A stretch of DNA of 62,442 nt, the filler included, from Circinaria calcarea (lineage: Eukaryota): assembly GCA_051942165.1 (NCBI GenBank). It is 20 parts of 20 records of this genome, joined end to end, with 100 filler letters (N's around TTAATTAATTAA, not from the genome) between each part and the next. Parts side by side here need not be neighbours in the genome. Positions count along the whole stretch, not along the records: positions 1 to 3,042 come from JAVECS010003079.1; positions 3,143 to 6,182 come from JAVECS010003080.1; positions 6,283 to 9,322 come from JAVECS010003081.1; positions 9,423 to 12,458 come from JAVECS010003082.1; positions 12,559 to 15,594 come from JAVECS010003083.1; 15 more parts are not named here. One strand, 5' to 3'. Shown here one piece after another: positions 1 to 13,798 of the stretch (its first letter is position 1; the number at the start of each line of letters is the position of its first letter). Both the position numbers and the translations under genes were made by a program. The notes beneath the pieces are model-generated. The model saw only the letters and a list, made by a program, of their open reading frames with translations. It was not told the origin of the DNA and ran no database searches.

Positions 1-1264
1 CTAACAGCTCCGCCTTCCTCTGCACTGCAGGGCTTACTTCTCAGAATGTGCTCGACAGCGGCGAGGGACCTCGGATTGAGATAGAGTTTAGAGTCCGCAG
101 CACGGGCCATATCAATGAAGACAAGTTAATCCTATATACAACGGAGAAAAAGGGATTCATCACCATATCCACAGACCACTGGGGCGGTCCTCTCTCAGCC
201 TATTCTCGGCCGGATTATTGCAACGTCACCTACCAGCTCACAGATTCCTCACCAGTAAACTTACCCAACAGGTTAGGTGTTTACAAACCTAGGGATGTCA
301 ATTTTGTGTTTGCCGCGGATTTTGGAAAAAGGGAAATCACAACGCATGGTAATATGGTGACGAACAGTGTGCAGGAGATTGCCCAATCTACATTGTCTGG
401 GGTCTCTAGAGACTATAAGAAAGTCGTTGGATGGGTTTTCGGTACCGGAGATGGAGCTGACAGTCAGCATTGAAGTAAGATGCTCCTTCGTGCACCTCGC
501 CGATCTCGTGGACGTGTTTCAACGGGAGAGAGTTTCACGATGAAGGCGGCTCTATGGCAGAGTAGGCTGTGTCGAAGCTCGGGTAGTTTCACGCTGCCTA
601 AACTATCTGGACCAGACACAGCAAGCGGCATATCGTCTACAAACTCCCGCGGGGAATATGCCGCTAGCCAGGAAGCCTCGAGTCTTTGAGATTGGGAAGC
701 AAAGGGATTTCAGTTATTGCTGCTAAAGGCATACGACTAAAGCCATATGAGACGATGAGATGTAACAGGGGAAGCCGGCAAGTAAGGGTCATTTATGGTT
801 TGCGAATAGCACGTCCGTAACGAAAGAGAGTATTCTGAACCTTCAACGAGAGTAGCTTTGGTATCGGTAAATAACTCTTCTTCCCGTGCTGAGAAGAAAG
901 CAATAAACTCCACCTTCCTAAACATGATCGGCGAGGTACTGTCGATAGCAGGTTGGTTTGATGCTAGGTGAAAATGGTGTACCAAGTTACACAGTGACCG
1001 GCAATGCTGTTCAGCTAGGTCCATGTATACTTGTATCGTAAAAGCTGCTGCACTCCGTGAGGCACTGAACAGGGGCGCTCGCTCGGTAATCGCAGCTGGA
1101 GTTGGCCTGAAGTTAGGGAGTAGCCATTAAGTCAGGGCGCCAGCGATACGAGCTGCAATTATCGGAAATGACTTCTTGCCACTTGCCTTAAATATCAGTT
1201 ACACGGGAAAGTGTGTTAAGCACCGCCTTTATTACCGTCATGATAAGATGCACATCTTGCTGCA

Positions 1265-3042
1265 ATGGCGGAATCTGAAGATGAAGAGCAAGATATCACA
1301 GAATTCCTGCATGCACAGCAGCCTACGGACTCGTCTGTAGATAATGAAGTACGGTCTTTAACTAAAGTACATTTATCAAATCTGTATCTCTCTCATGCAT
1401 TGTCAACGTGGAATGCGAGGATCTATGAGTTCGCTGCGGTAAGCTTTTCCGCGTCTGTCTCGAAAGTTTAATCAGCTCATATAATGTCTGCAGATCTTAT
1501 TCACTGCATCCGCATTCCCAGATACGCTGTTTGCATCTTCTGTCCGGTATGCTGGACCTAAGGTCCTATATGGAGAATACCCGACTGATGATCGAGCAGA
1601 GGACTGTGCAATAATCTTGCCTCCTTATGTTTCTCATCTTTAATCGGGACATGGATCGATGGAGCTTCATGCAGACTACGGACTTTGCTACTTACCATAT
1701 GCGCCAACCGCTTTACCGTGATGGCGGCATGTCTGGGCTGGGTTTTCTTGGTCAGTGATTCAAGTACAGCCGCCTCCCCAGGAGCCGTAGGTCGAGTTTC
1801 CAATCCAAGTAACCTTGTCATGAATAGGCAGTTATGGCTCTTTGCTATAGTGGTCTTACTGGGCGTCTGTGAAAAGTTGAGTGGAATCGGTAACATGATT
1901 TCCATGGAGCGTGACTGGGTTCCTCCACTTGCCATGGCACTTTCAACTGGGGGAGTTTCTCCTCAGCAACTTACCCAACTCAATGCAGTGATGCGCCGTA
2001 TTGACCTGATCTGCAAGCTTATCGCTCCGGTGCTAATCTCTATCATCATCTCAGCGACTTCAATGCGGACAGGTGTTGTGACCGTTGCCGGTATGAGTGG
2101 TGCGACTTGGGGAATCGAGATATGGTGTGCAAGACGCGTTTGGGAAGGCTGTCCACAGCTTCAACAAGATAAATTCCATCAGCCAATCGAGGAGATTGAG
2201 ATGTTGGACAGGAGTTCACCAAGCACACTTGAAACCCAGACTAGCAAAGCCAATGTTCTACGGATATGGCATAGCCAGTCTAGACAAATCCGCGCCTACT
2301 TCTCTACTAATGTTTGGATCCCTTCGCTATCCCTAGCAATACTCCATCTATCGGTACTTAGTTACTCTGCTACATTCATCACATACCTACTCAACACAGG
2401 TTTCTCCTTACTCCTCATCACCATCGCCCGAACACTAAGTAGTGTTGTGGAGGTCTCCAGCACCTTCATTGCACCTATCGGCGTAGACTATCTCGCCCGT
2501 AGCCGCAAGTCATCCAGCCAGGAGGAGGAGAGCGCCGAGGAACTTCTTCCAGAAGGGGATCTTGTGGAGAAGCGGCACGGTGTTGGTCTGGAGCGTCTCG
2601 GGCTATGGGGCATCTCATTACAACTCCTAAGTCTAGTACGTCAAACCCTAATGCACCCCCTAGCAAGTAAGTACTCACCCTCGTAGATTCCCGTCGTTCT
2701 GGCCATAGCTGCAATCTCCCCTTCCCCATCTCAACCACCCTCGACCCTCCTCTCTCGCGTTACTCCATCCCAATCATCCCCGCTCCTCTCCCTTCTGCTC
2801 TTCAGCACCCTCTGTCTCTCCCGCCTCGGCCTCTGGACTTTCGATCTCACCACCCAGGAATTGACCCAAACCCGCGTCCCGCCTTCTGGCCGATCCTCCT
2901 TTGCCGGCGTGGAGATGTCATTTGTTTCGCTTTTCGAACTCATGCAGTGGATCTCAGGAATGCTGTTGGCGAAACCGGAGCAGTTTCGCTGGCTTGCGGC
3001 GGGCAGTTTGGGTGCCGTAGCAGTAGCCGGGGGAATGTATGC
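1265..3042 (+). CDS. Ferroportin (SLC40A1/FPN1)-like iron-regulated transporter, 3' partial
   Basis: Spliced translation contains LYLSHALSTWNARIYEFAA, ISMERDWV, LNAVMRRIDLICKLIAP and SRLGLWTFDLTTQELTQ. GT-AG introns at 1439-1493, 1547-1599 and 2636-2686. Confidence 0.9.
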
Positions 3043-3142
3043 NNNNNNNNNNNNNNNNNNNNNNNNNNNNNNNNNNNNNNNNNNNNTTAATTAATTAANN
3101 NNNNNNNNNNNNNNNNNNNNNNNNNNNNNNNNNNNNNNNNNN
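3043..3142. other. Artificial contig linker (N44-TTAATTAATTAA-N44); first of 19 identical linkers
   Basis: The same 100-bp block, with stops in all six frames, recurs at 3043, 6183, 9323, 12459, 15595, 18731, 21866, 24999, 28131, 31259, 34384, 37508, 40631, 43749, 46866, 49982, 53098, 56214 and 59329. Contig lengths fall monotonically from about 3042 to 3014 bp. Confidence 0.98.
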
Positions 3143-6100
3143 GTACGAGAAGGTGGGGAGGGGCCGGGGTTGAGAGACGGTTGGAAGTGAGGAATAGATG
3201 GTGAAATGGGTATATATATGAGCGATCTCAAGACTTGACTCTGAGTGAGAGAAAAGGGGGGTTGGGGGGGGAAGAAAGAGCCCCTTGGAAGAAAACCCGG
3301 ATGCCTGAACCAAGGATATCTCCCTTACCTGGCATACAACATAAGAAGATCAGCGGGCAGTTCGTCGGCCGCGCTACGGGTCATAGAGTAAGAGGTCGAG
3401 AGCAGTGGACGATAGATGCGCCTCCTCCATCAGCAAATCATCCGCCGAGACCCCGTGGCTTGGTCTCCGCAATACCTCGTCCGCTGGAGGCAGGCAAGGA
3501 TATGGGACCAGGGTAGGAAAACGTTGGAGATGGTTACAATTACCTCATCCCTCCCACGAAACCCTCCACAGGATTTGCCGCCAGTATAGTTCTGAAAGAA
3601 GTTTCCCACCGGCCGCACACACAAGAAGAACCTGAGATCTTTCAATACATACATAGCTACAAGGCTATAGGCCAAAGGAGCACATCAGATTACTTTGCAC
3701 GAAAATCGTTATATACCGTGAAAGGGAAGGGGAAGAATGGTTGTGAGCACAGGATGTCAAAGTCTTGGCCATACTGGATCATGTTTATCTATTATGAAGA
3801 CGGCCCAAAGCAAGAGCATCTCACGAAATTCTTTATAAAAAAATAAAAAAAGCGTTACGATAAGGTTCTCGTTGTTATTAGCAAACCTAATTCTAGAATA
3901 GAAGAACAAACCCAAGCTTACTCCAAAGCATCTCTCTCGACTCTTTCCGCAAGTTAACTGTTAAAATCCCACACTGCCATTTCCATTTTGTCACAGGTTA
4001 GAAAAAAAACCAAAGGAAGTTAAGGTTCTTACTCCGAAGCAAATTCCCCCCATACTCTCCAGGTATTAGATCAGAGAAAAAGAAAGAATGACGGTTTTAT
4101 AGAGAAGCAGCTTGGAAATTGGATTATCTTAACATTCAAATACACCTATATTCTCCAAACTATCTTTATCCGCATGCTGAAACTTTATCAAAGATATAAC
4201 ATCATGGGCTTGGCGGAGTTTTGTTGACGAGAGGCTTCCGAGCTTTTGGCATTCGTTCGGCCTCAAGGATCCAATGGGATAATCAACGAAACTCATCGAA
4301 GGAGTTTTGCGTAGAGGTTAGAAGAGATAGATGGGCGTACTAAGGACCGACGGGCAGGGCTCAACTGAATAAGTCGGTTGAATGACAGTCGAGCATCTGC
4401 TTTTTATCAGTATTGAAACTTTTTGCTCGAGGGATACAGTTATAGCGAGCACCTAGACCAAAAGAGGAGACCAGTCTTATTAAATTTTTTCCAAATTGCT
4501 TACATTTCTCGACCTCGTCGAAGAGTCGCTGCATCATTAGCAACCGCTCATAACCCAGCAGTCTTTACGAGGCGTACGGCTAAAGGACAAGAGCGTTAGG
4601 GTCCAAGGCCAGCGGGTGCAGAAGTACCGTGGGATATCTGCTTTACCACTTCGATGGTATAAAGCATTCCCGTCATTGGCTCTCATCGAGCGGCAGTGTA
4701 CTCAATCTGATAACGAGGAGCTAAGAACGTCTGTCGACGGACCTACTCTGTATACTCTGGATTATCTTCGGAATGGCAATCGAGCCGGCGATGAGTAATA
4801 TAATGTACCAGGTTGCAGCTTATCATTTCATAAACGAAGCGCAAAATCTCCAGTCTTTACCAAAACGGGCAATAGCAGAAATTCAAGGATGAGCGTTAGA
4901 GGCTTGACTCTACTCGCCAGGGCCGTTGCGAGATTGGTGGTTCTGCGGGGGAGCGTGGGATCATCATTGGAGAAGTCAAAGCTGACCCCGTACCGACCGG
5001 TCGTACTTGGCTCTTACTATTCCAAAGGCCACCATCATGGGGAGAGTATTCCATGGGTAGAGTACCGATCAAGCCTGGAGGGTTTTGGTGGAAGATATTA
5101 ACAGGAGTATCACTGAGTAGAGAATAAGTCAATCTAATGAGAAGATGGGAGCTACTTGATGTGAAATACAAAGGGGCTTTGTTATTCGAAAAACTTCAGA
5201 ATATGATTAGGCTCATGGACCCCGGGGGGGGGAACACATATGGTGAAACGAAAAGCTGTCGATAGTCTAGGTCAGGAACAAAGACGTCAACGTGCCATCA
5301 TCACAGCCCATATACGAGTCTGTTAAGACGTGAAGCATAAGAGATTAAATGCCTTGCGCGAACACCGTATCTTTGGAAACGAGAGGATAGAGGACTAGGT
5401 TATAGGGTTCGAAAAGCCGACGGAGGGGATTGTGAGGTCTGAAGAATCGAATCGTGCAGCTGCTACTAGGGTAGTCAAGCCAATTACCACTAATACCCCG
5501 ACTCCCATCGGTACTTGACCGCCATATAGGAATATAGGCAACGGAGGTTTGCCAGGGAGACTACAGCAGTGTGGAGAAAGTCGAGTAGAGCGAACAGAGA
5601 GAAATTGCATCTACCGAGAGTGAGGATGAGACTTTCTGGATTGCGCAACCTGATTCTAACGGCCAATCCCACCCTTTCATTATGCAATAGGCAAAAAGGC
5701 TCGAGCAGTCGAGAAGATTCAAGACGGAAATACGCATAGCTCTGCGAGGTCCTACAGACCCGAGTTGGGACTTGAGATGGTGAAAGGAAGAAAAGTTGCT
5801 ATAAAAGAAGAAGTAATAGAGTATGAGTATGGTAGAATACTGTGAACCATGGCCACCATATCAGCATGCAAAATTTTGCCACTATGCGAGATGTATTGGT
5901 TTGGGGATACTCACTAATTATTCTTCTGCCACCATCTCAGTGTGAACAAACTACCTGACTTTATTTTAATTAATAGTACTTGGCTGTCCTCTCTCCGTGA
6001 ATGCATTCACCCAGTATTGATCTCAGAACTTAATTGGCAATGCTGTACTAGAAGTTCCTAGGTCCTACCTTATACTTCTCACAATTATTCGCACTAGTCC

Positions 6101-6282
6101 ATAATTTGACCTAATTCAGGGTTTCTGTCCTTCGCTGAGTTATCATATCAGCTTTGGCCCAGCAATGTGCTTGGTGGTGCTANNNNNNNNNNNNNNNNNN
6201 NNNNNNNNNNNNNNNNNNNNNNNNNNTTAATTAATTAANNNNNNNNNNNNNNNNNNNNNNNNNNNNNNNNNNNNNNNNNNNN

Positions 6283-7373
6283 AACTGCGGACCACGCAGG
6301 TACAAAACCTGAAGCAGGAGTGATGGCGACGAGACCAGCAATGACCCCAGAGCAAAAGCCAACCGTGGAAAACTTATGCTCAAGTCGCCAATCAAGAGCT
6401 ACCCAGGTAAATCCGCCGACTGATGCCGCAATGTGGGTAACGACGCAAGCCATGATAGCGCGCAGGTTTGAGGCTAGCGCAGATCCTCCATTGAACCCAA
6501 ACCATCCAACCCATAGGAACACGGTCCCGAGAACAACGTGAGTCAAATTATGGGGCCGGTAGGGGAGGCCATGAAGATCGTTGTATCCCCGTCTCTTGCC
6601 AAGCATGATTGAATAAGCAAGAGCTGCAGCACCGGAAGAAATATGTACAGGAGTACCCCCCGCGAAATCGAGTCCACCCATCTTATACATCCATCCTGCG
6701 GGATTCCATGTCCAACAGGCAATCGGATCATAGATGATGGTGGACCAGATAAACATGAAGACGACACAGGGAAGCATGCGACCTCTGTCTGCTGCTCCGC
6801 CAATCGCCAAAGCCGGAGTGATCGCCGCGAACATCATTTGATAGATGGCAAATAACAAATCAGGTATCTTCGGACTCCCTACCGATGGTTGACCAAGGAC
6901 ATCCCGAAATCCAATGTTATCGAGGTTACCAATGTACTTGCCCGCTGCATGGGAGAAGGTCAAGGAGTAACCCCAGAAGAACCACTGGAAGCTTATCACG
7001 GCTCCTGACATCAAAGACAGCCAGATGAGGGATAAGGCCGATTTTCTTCTGGCAAGACCTGAGTAGAAGAATCTACAGTAGACCAAGTCAGTCCACAGAA
7101 GCGAATACTACCAAAGGAATCGATATTACCCAACGCCAGGGATCATAAGGAGCACAAGTGCGGTAGACGTCAGAACCCACGCGATATCGCCAGGCTGTGG
7201 GGCTTCTATTAGCTTGCAGCCGCAAAGTATGGCACCATACAACCACTCACTTCATAGAAGATGTTCAGGTTATCTGCCAAGGAGTCGCCTCCTGTCGATA
7301 TTGAGCCATTGTACGGAACAAGGACAGTATAGTTCAGCGCGTTCAAATCTACGATGGGATCTGCTTGAGACAT
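6283..7373 (-). CDS. Ammonium transporter (Amt/MEP family), 3' partial
   Basis: ATG at 7373; introns at 7195-7250 and 7073-7129. Motifs LMIPGVGFFYSGLARRKSALS, DFAGGTPVHISSG, GWFGFNGGS and GLVAITPASG. Confidence 0.97.
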
Positions 7374-8062
7374 GGTAACGAGTGGACAAATTTTGATTCT
7401 GGGAGATCAGAGAGACGGGGATTTCTGGCAGAAGCGGGAATCTTTGATGGCTATAAACCCTCTTGGGCCAAGAAAGACGAGGGAGGAGCGTAGGCAACAG
7501 ATGAACGATCGAGTAGAGAATACGGGGACAAAAGCCACAATGATACAGGGGTGACTCCTTTTATATACGGTATCACAGGCAGAAACCGTGAGAGGAGATT
7601 GGCTGTTCGCGTATTACTCGCCGGCGTGGCGATGCGTGAAGGTAGTTCCATCATTCTTATCTACATGTGCTTAGCAGAGTAAAGGAACGATGATAGACTG
7701 GAGCAGAGTATCAAAGTAACGAACAACCGTGATGCTGTTTAGGCAGTGGCCCGATGAGGACCTGCAGTCCCTTATCTGCATCTACAGGGATTGTAAACGA
7801 TTTTATCCCCCATGAGGGCTAGCGTGACGGATCGGATGCTTCCATTGACGCTTAGCATTATCATGCCGCATGACACTCGGCTAGATAGTGAAGCGGCCAT
7901 GATTCGATAATTGGCTGAAAGGAGGACCGTTTGACGACAATTCGTATATCCCACGACTCCATCCATGTACGGTACCTCGCAGGATCTACTTCGATCTTGT
8001 ATCACAACCATCCTTCGATGTCGGGTCCCAGCAACCCGGATTGCATGACCAACCCGCTTCCC

Positions 8063-9012
8063 ATGCTTACCTCACTCGTACAACTTCCTCTCTCGTCAGG
8101 ATCCGCCTCCATCGAGGACATCTTCTCTTCCTCCCTTGAACTCATCTTTACCGACGACCTCCGAACCCTGCATGGCGATCCAGGGTCGACGATTATTTAT
8201 AAATCCAGAGCTTTCGGAGATCTAGAGCTAAGCCTTGTGGATCCTGTGGGAGAGGATGACAGGAGGCTGTTCGCTCAGTACCTATGGAACTCTGCGGTCC
8301 AGATCGGGGAGTTTATTGGTAATGCTCTAGCAGAGGACGGTAATCCTACTAGCATCAGGGGAACCACATGGAGCGTGAGGGGGGAGAAGGTACTCGAGCT
8401 AGGCGCTGGTGGGTGAGCAAATCGACATTTCGTATATCTGTCAATCTTGCGCCATGGATGGGATCTGATCCACCTCTACGGGCAGGTACGGGTCTGGGGG
8501 GAATCGTAAGCGCACTGGCTGGAGCTGAAGAAGTTGCCATAACGGATTATCACACTCCGGAGATACTAAACAATATACGGACCAACGTGGATAGAAATGT
8601 ACCTGCGAACCTACGCTCTCGAGTCTACATACAAGGCCACGAATGGGGAACGATCTCAGATAGCTTTGCAAACTCTCACACCAACTACTTTACACGAATT
8701 ATTGCGGCCGACTGTCTTTGGATGCCAGGGCAGCACCGCAATCTCGTGCAGTCGATGCTAAACTTCCTCTCCCACAGGGACGAGGCTAGAATCTGGGTGA
8801 TTGCAGGATTCCACACCGGCCGCGCAAAGCTTGCTCCCTTTTTCGATTTGGCGGTGGAGGAAGGCTTAGAGGTGGAAGAGATCTGGGAAAGAGATGTCGA
8901 CGGACTGGAAAGAGCGTGGCGAAAGGAACGCGACGGTGGGCTGGAAGATGTAACGGGGCGGAAGAGGTGGCTTGTCATTGCAGTACTAAGACGGCGGGCT
9001 TGCTCACAATAA
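8063..9012 (+). CDS. NNT1: NNT1/EFM7-like class I SAM-dependent protein methyltransferase (Methyltransf_16)
   Basis: Motifs LFAQYLWNSA and IIAADCLWM. Intron 8409-8485 joins motif I VLELGAG-TGLGG. Divergent from the MEP gene on the same contig. Confidence 0.85.
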
Positions 9013-9422
9013 CAAAAATGCTTTAGTCGGTTTCACAAACAATGAATCATGAGCCGTACACTGGAATCATCGGTAGACTACGTATGATCGATTGTGATAC
9101 ACAGCTAGTAATCGTGTAACCACATTCCCGCCATGTACATATCTTCCCAATACAGACAAGCGCATACGCCACACTAGATCAACCCTAATTTAAGCGACAA
9201 CCCTCTCGTCCGCCAAATTCCAAAATCCTGATCCCCTCCATCTTTCCCTTACTGCCCGAGTCATAAAACTCGCTTTACCCTAAAAATAAGATTATGTCTT
9301 CCCCACCACCATCCCCACCCCCNNNNNNNNNNNNNNNNNNNNNNNNNNNNNNNNNNNNNNNNNNNNTTAATTAATTAANNNNNNNNNNNNNNNNNNNNNN
9401 NNNNNNNNNNNNNNNNNNNNNN

Positions 9423-12318
9423 AACATGCACTCATCGACCCTGTTATGGTGCTATGGGAAGCGTAAGTAACCAACCAGCACCTCTGGAACGATGCTTACT
9501 TTTGAGCTAGCGGGGGCCGGGAAATCTGTTCTGTCGTAAGTATCTCAACCCCAAAAAGTGTATTCGGTTATTGAATGTCCGCAAGTTCAATTATGCTGGA
9601 AGATATCGTCAGCCGCTACCGTTTAGACGATCGAGTCGGTATCGCTTTCGCCTATATCAAGTACGATTCTCCGGATTCACAGCAACCTCTTGAGATCATC
9701 TCTGCAATGATCAAGCAACTATGTTGGAGCAAAGACACTATACCACAAGATCTTCTTGACTCTTTCCACGAGTATGACAGAAATGCAAGGCCTCGCAATT
9801 TAGACACAACCCTCTCCTGTTTTATTAATTTTCTAAGATCTTATGATCAAGTTTTCTTGATATTTGATGCGCTAGATGAGTGCGAGCAAAACCTTCGACA
9901 GCGGATGTTAGAAATCATTAAGGACATGATTACACAGATACCTGCGGCTAAAATCTTCGTTACAAGTCGAAGGGAAACCGATATAGTGGACGCCTTTACA
10001 CTCCTAAAAACACCAAGAATCGAGATAGCCGCATATAACGTTGAAGCGGATATTACTCGTTTTGTCGTGGATCGCGTGAGGCACCTAATCGAGACTAGGA
10101 AGTTGAAAATTCAAGATCCTTTATTAGAGGGGAGAATCATAAAGAATCTTACCGCTCAGGCCGACGGCATGTGAGTTACCCCTGCAGAACTCTCCATCAC
10201 TTGATATCACTTATCCTGCTTAGGTTCCTGTGGGTCAACCTACAGTTAGAAAACCTCTGTCGGCAGAGAAGCGATCGAGATATAGAAGAGGAGCTTTTTC
10301 AACTGCCGCAGGGCTTAGAAGCAACTTACCAAAGACTGCTCAAGCAGATTAGTCGTCAGCCAAAGGCGCTTAAATCTCTTGCGCGAAAGGCCATGATGTG
10401 CGTGCTGTATGCTATTCGCCCCCTTGAACCTAAAGAGCTCGTTGAGGCAGTTGCGTTTGAAAAGAGTTCTTCGTCGGGAGATAATCCCAAGGAATATTCT
10501 ATTGAAGTGATTCTTGAATCGTGTTCGAACCTCCTGATCGACGAGAATAGGCGGATAAAGCCAATACATTTCTCAGTTAAGGAGTTCCTAACACGTTCTC
10601 TTCCAGCTGGGGATGGTACTCCTAAACCCACATATTTGTGGGACTTCCACGATGGACATACCGAGGTGGCGAAAGGTTGCATGGCGTATATGATGCTCAA
10701 CTTAACTGCAGAAGGTCCGTGTATAGATACCTCTGAGCTAAGCAAACGTACCTGGGAACATCCGCTATTTATATACTCTTCTCACTTTTTCGACGAACAC
10801 ATCCACCGAGTAACTTCAATCACGCCAGATCTTGAAAAACAGCTCAATATTTTGCTTTGTAGTCAAAGCCGTGTGCTAGCAGCTATCTTACAATTACGTC
10901 GATGTAGAAGCGAATATTTCAGTCACGACCAAGAAGATGATTTCACAACTTATTCCCAAGTTGTAAATGCGATAACACTGGTCTACTCGACAAAGTTATT
11001 CAATCTCCCACACCTTCGATTAGGTAATACTGGGTGGAAGAGCCTCGAAGTCCCTAAGTATACTCTCCACGAAGCTTCCTCCAATGGGACGGTCGATGCT
11101 ATAAGTCAATTAGTTGTTGAGCTCAACTGTGATATCAACGAAAAGGATGAACATGGCAATACTCCTTTATACTATGCTGTCAAGAGGGGTCAAACCAACG
11201 CGGTTATGTTGCTGCTTAAACTGGGAGCTCATATCAATGTGCACGGTAATAATGTATTATACTTGGCATCAGAGAACGGCTTCCTTGACGTTGTTCAAAT
11301 ACTACTTAAGGCAGGAGCTGAGGTCAATGCCCAAGGTGGAGAGTTTTTTACTGCATTACAAGCTGCTGCTGCTGTATTTCAGGGATCAATTGAAGTTGTT
11401 CAGCTACTGCTGGATAGGGGAGCCGAGGTTAATGCTGAAGGTGGAGAGTATTTTACTGCATTACAAGCTACTGCACCCCGGGAATCAACTGAAATTATTC
11501 AGCTGCTGCTGGATAGGGGAGCCGAGGTTAATACTCAAGGCGGAGAGTATTTTACTGCGTTACAAGCTGCTGCACGTTGGGGATCAATTGAAATTATTCA
11601 GCTACTGCTGGATAAAGGAGCCGAGGTCAATATTCAAGGCGGAAGGTATTTTACTGCATTACAAGCTGCTGCTGCTGCTGCATTTCGGGGATCAACTGAA
11701 GTTGTTCAGCTACTGCTGGATAGTGGAGCCGAGGTCAATGGCCAAGGCGGGTCTCACGGAACAGCATTGCAGATTGCTGCAAAAAATGGTTATGATATGA
11801 CTGTGGAGTTGCTTCTAGAGTCAGGCGCAGAGGTCAATGCAACGGGATTACATAAAGATTACTCAAACCTTACCCCACTAGCTTTGGCCAGACAATGGGG
11901 AATATCAAAGAAAGTCCAAAAGCTGTTGGTAGATGCTGGAGGCGTGGAATCTTGGAGAAGCTATACCACCTCCCACTCCTCGTCCCAACAAGAAAGCCCA
12001 CAAACCGAAGGCGCCCACAAAACCAACAGGCGTGAAAGCTGGGAGGATTGGGAAGGAAGGGGAGAAGAAGAAGGAGAAGAAGGGGAAGAAAGGGGAGAAG
12101 GAATAGTAGAAATAGTAGAAGAAGAAGGACAAGAACAAGAAACGGTACAGAGAAGAAGGAGAAGAATGAGAAGGCTACAGAGAGGAAGAAGGGCCAGAAT
12201 AAGGTTAGGGGCAGCGCCGCCAGTTTTCCCAACAGTCCAGAGGGTAGGTCGTGACTACTATTCAACCCACTACCCTCAGATGGGACTGGCAGTCCACTCC
12301 ACCCGCTCCGGACTGTGA
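9423..12318 (+). CDS. NACHT-NTPase + ankyrin-repeat NLR-like protein, 5' partial
   Basis: Introns 9463-9510, 9536-9585 and 10171-10223 reconstruct Walker A (WCYGKPGAGKSVLS), Walker B (FLIFDALDEC), KIFVTSR, ADGMFLWV and IHFSVKEFL, followed by a run of ankyrin repeats. Confidence 0.92.
11317..11760 (+). repeat. Highly similar intragenic ankyrin-coding tandem repeats (105, 99, 99 and 108 bp units)
   Basis: Units start at about 11317, 11422, 11521, 11620 and 11728 (gcYgaggtYaat...ttttactgcattacaagct...cagctactgctggata). Confidence 0.9.
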
Positions 12319-12558
12319 GTTATGAATTCGCACATTAGTGCGGGCTTCATTCCAGCAGTCCAGTCTACTATCCAGACTACCATACTATTAGCGGCGTAGT
12401 TATAGAAAGGGGAGATTTTGAGGTGAGAGGGGTTTCCGGGGGAAGAGTAGGAGGTGGANNNNNNNNNNNNNNNNNNNNNNNNNNNNNNNNNNNNNNNNNN
12501 NNTTAATTAATTAANNNNNNNNNNNNNNNNNNNNNNNNNNNNNNNNNNNNNNNNNNNN

Positions 12559-13798
12559 CCAGCAGTAGTATACTGGGTCGTAGGTTTGTTCTTCGGGCCC
12601 TGGTCCTTTTTGGGTCCGGCATCAAGCTCACTAGCTTGCAGGGTTGACTTTCCACTATATTGACACCAGAGAGCTGCTCTCCGCCTACAAACTCCATACC
12701 CCTGCGGAATATCTGAAGAAAAACCGTGCATCGCGGCGAGATGTTGTCAAATTTGCGCTCATTCAGCAGGCGGCTCAGTGCATCCTCGGATACTACACGG
12801 CCGACGATACGGAACTTTTCTATCCTGGCTCCTACGGTATAGCCACTTGGGCGCGGAGAATCCGTCAATTCCAGTATCTTGTTTCTTCCGCGGTGCATAT
12901 GCTCGGCTTTGGAGTGGGCTCGGCCAAAATGGATTCGACCGGCATCAAGGCTATACTCGGGGTCAAATTTGTTGAAGAATCTTTCGGTGCCTGCTTGAAG
13001 AATGCCACGCAGGCGACTTGTGCCGGAGCGAACACGTTCATTGCTAGTTATTCTCGCTGGGAATGGGCGGTCGCTGAGATGATTTACTCGATTATTGTTC
13101 CACTCCTTCAATTCCTTTGTGCGATGGTCTTGGCAGATACCTTTCAGTACTTCACCCATCGAGCTTTCCATGTCAACAAGTGGCTTTACAGTAAGATCAG
13201 ACAGGTCCAAGCAGATCTTTCTAAGCTCACTAAAACTAATCCTCAACAGAACATATTCACTCGATGCATCATGATGTATACGTACCCTTTGCCTACGGGG
13301 CCTTCTACAACCATCCTTTGGAAACCATACCGATCGACAGTATCGGATTCCCCATGTGCCTAGCAATCGCTGGCCTCAACAACCGCCAAGCCGCCCTCTT
13401 CGGAGCCATCTGGACTTTCAAGACGGTCGTCGATCACTGCGGATACGATTTCCCCTACAACCCGTGCAACCTCATTTGCCCCAATTCGGTGCAATTCCAC
13501 GACTTGCAGTAAGTACTTTCTTTGCACAATTGTTGAACTTGCAACCTGCTCTCTAACGCGGGTGTGCCGCAGTCACCAGACCTGGGGGATGAAGTACAAT
13601 TTTTCCGTCTACGCATCATTCTGGGACCGGACGCTGGGAACTTACTGGGCCGGGTCCGATGGCACAGCACAGGAGAAGTACGCCCGGGGAAGGAAAGTGG
13701 CGGAAGAATCGCTGGCGAAGAATCGGTCCGCCGACAGGGCATTGAAGGCAGAGGCATTGGAAACCGACGCGGGATTTTCCACGGCCAGCGAATTGTGA
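12559..13798 (+). CDS. SUR2-like sphingolipid C4-hydroxylase / fatty-acid hydroxylase superfamily, 5' partial
   Basis: Introns 12584-12641, 13191-13249 and 13509-13572. His boxes HRAFH, HSMHH, DHCGY and FHDLHH; also LHTPAE and YVPFAYGAFYNHPLE. Confidence 0.9.

Noticed and set aside
3143..6182. Short ORFs in contig 2 (also contigs at 29400-31258 and 46966-49981)
   Set aside because: Fragmented, with no recognisable domains. They may be decayed genes, but I cannot support a call.
6283..7373. Ammonium transporter as a horizontally acquired prokaryote-like MEP
   Set aside because: It has ordinary spliceosomal introns and typical fungal MEP motifs. Nothing in the sequence alone supports HGT.
11870..12265. 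Phe/Leu-rich antisense ORFs and Arg-rich alternative frames
   Set aside because: These are shadows of the GAA-rich low-complexity tail of the NACHT-ankyrin gene.
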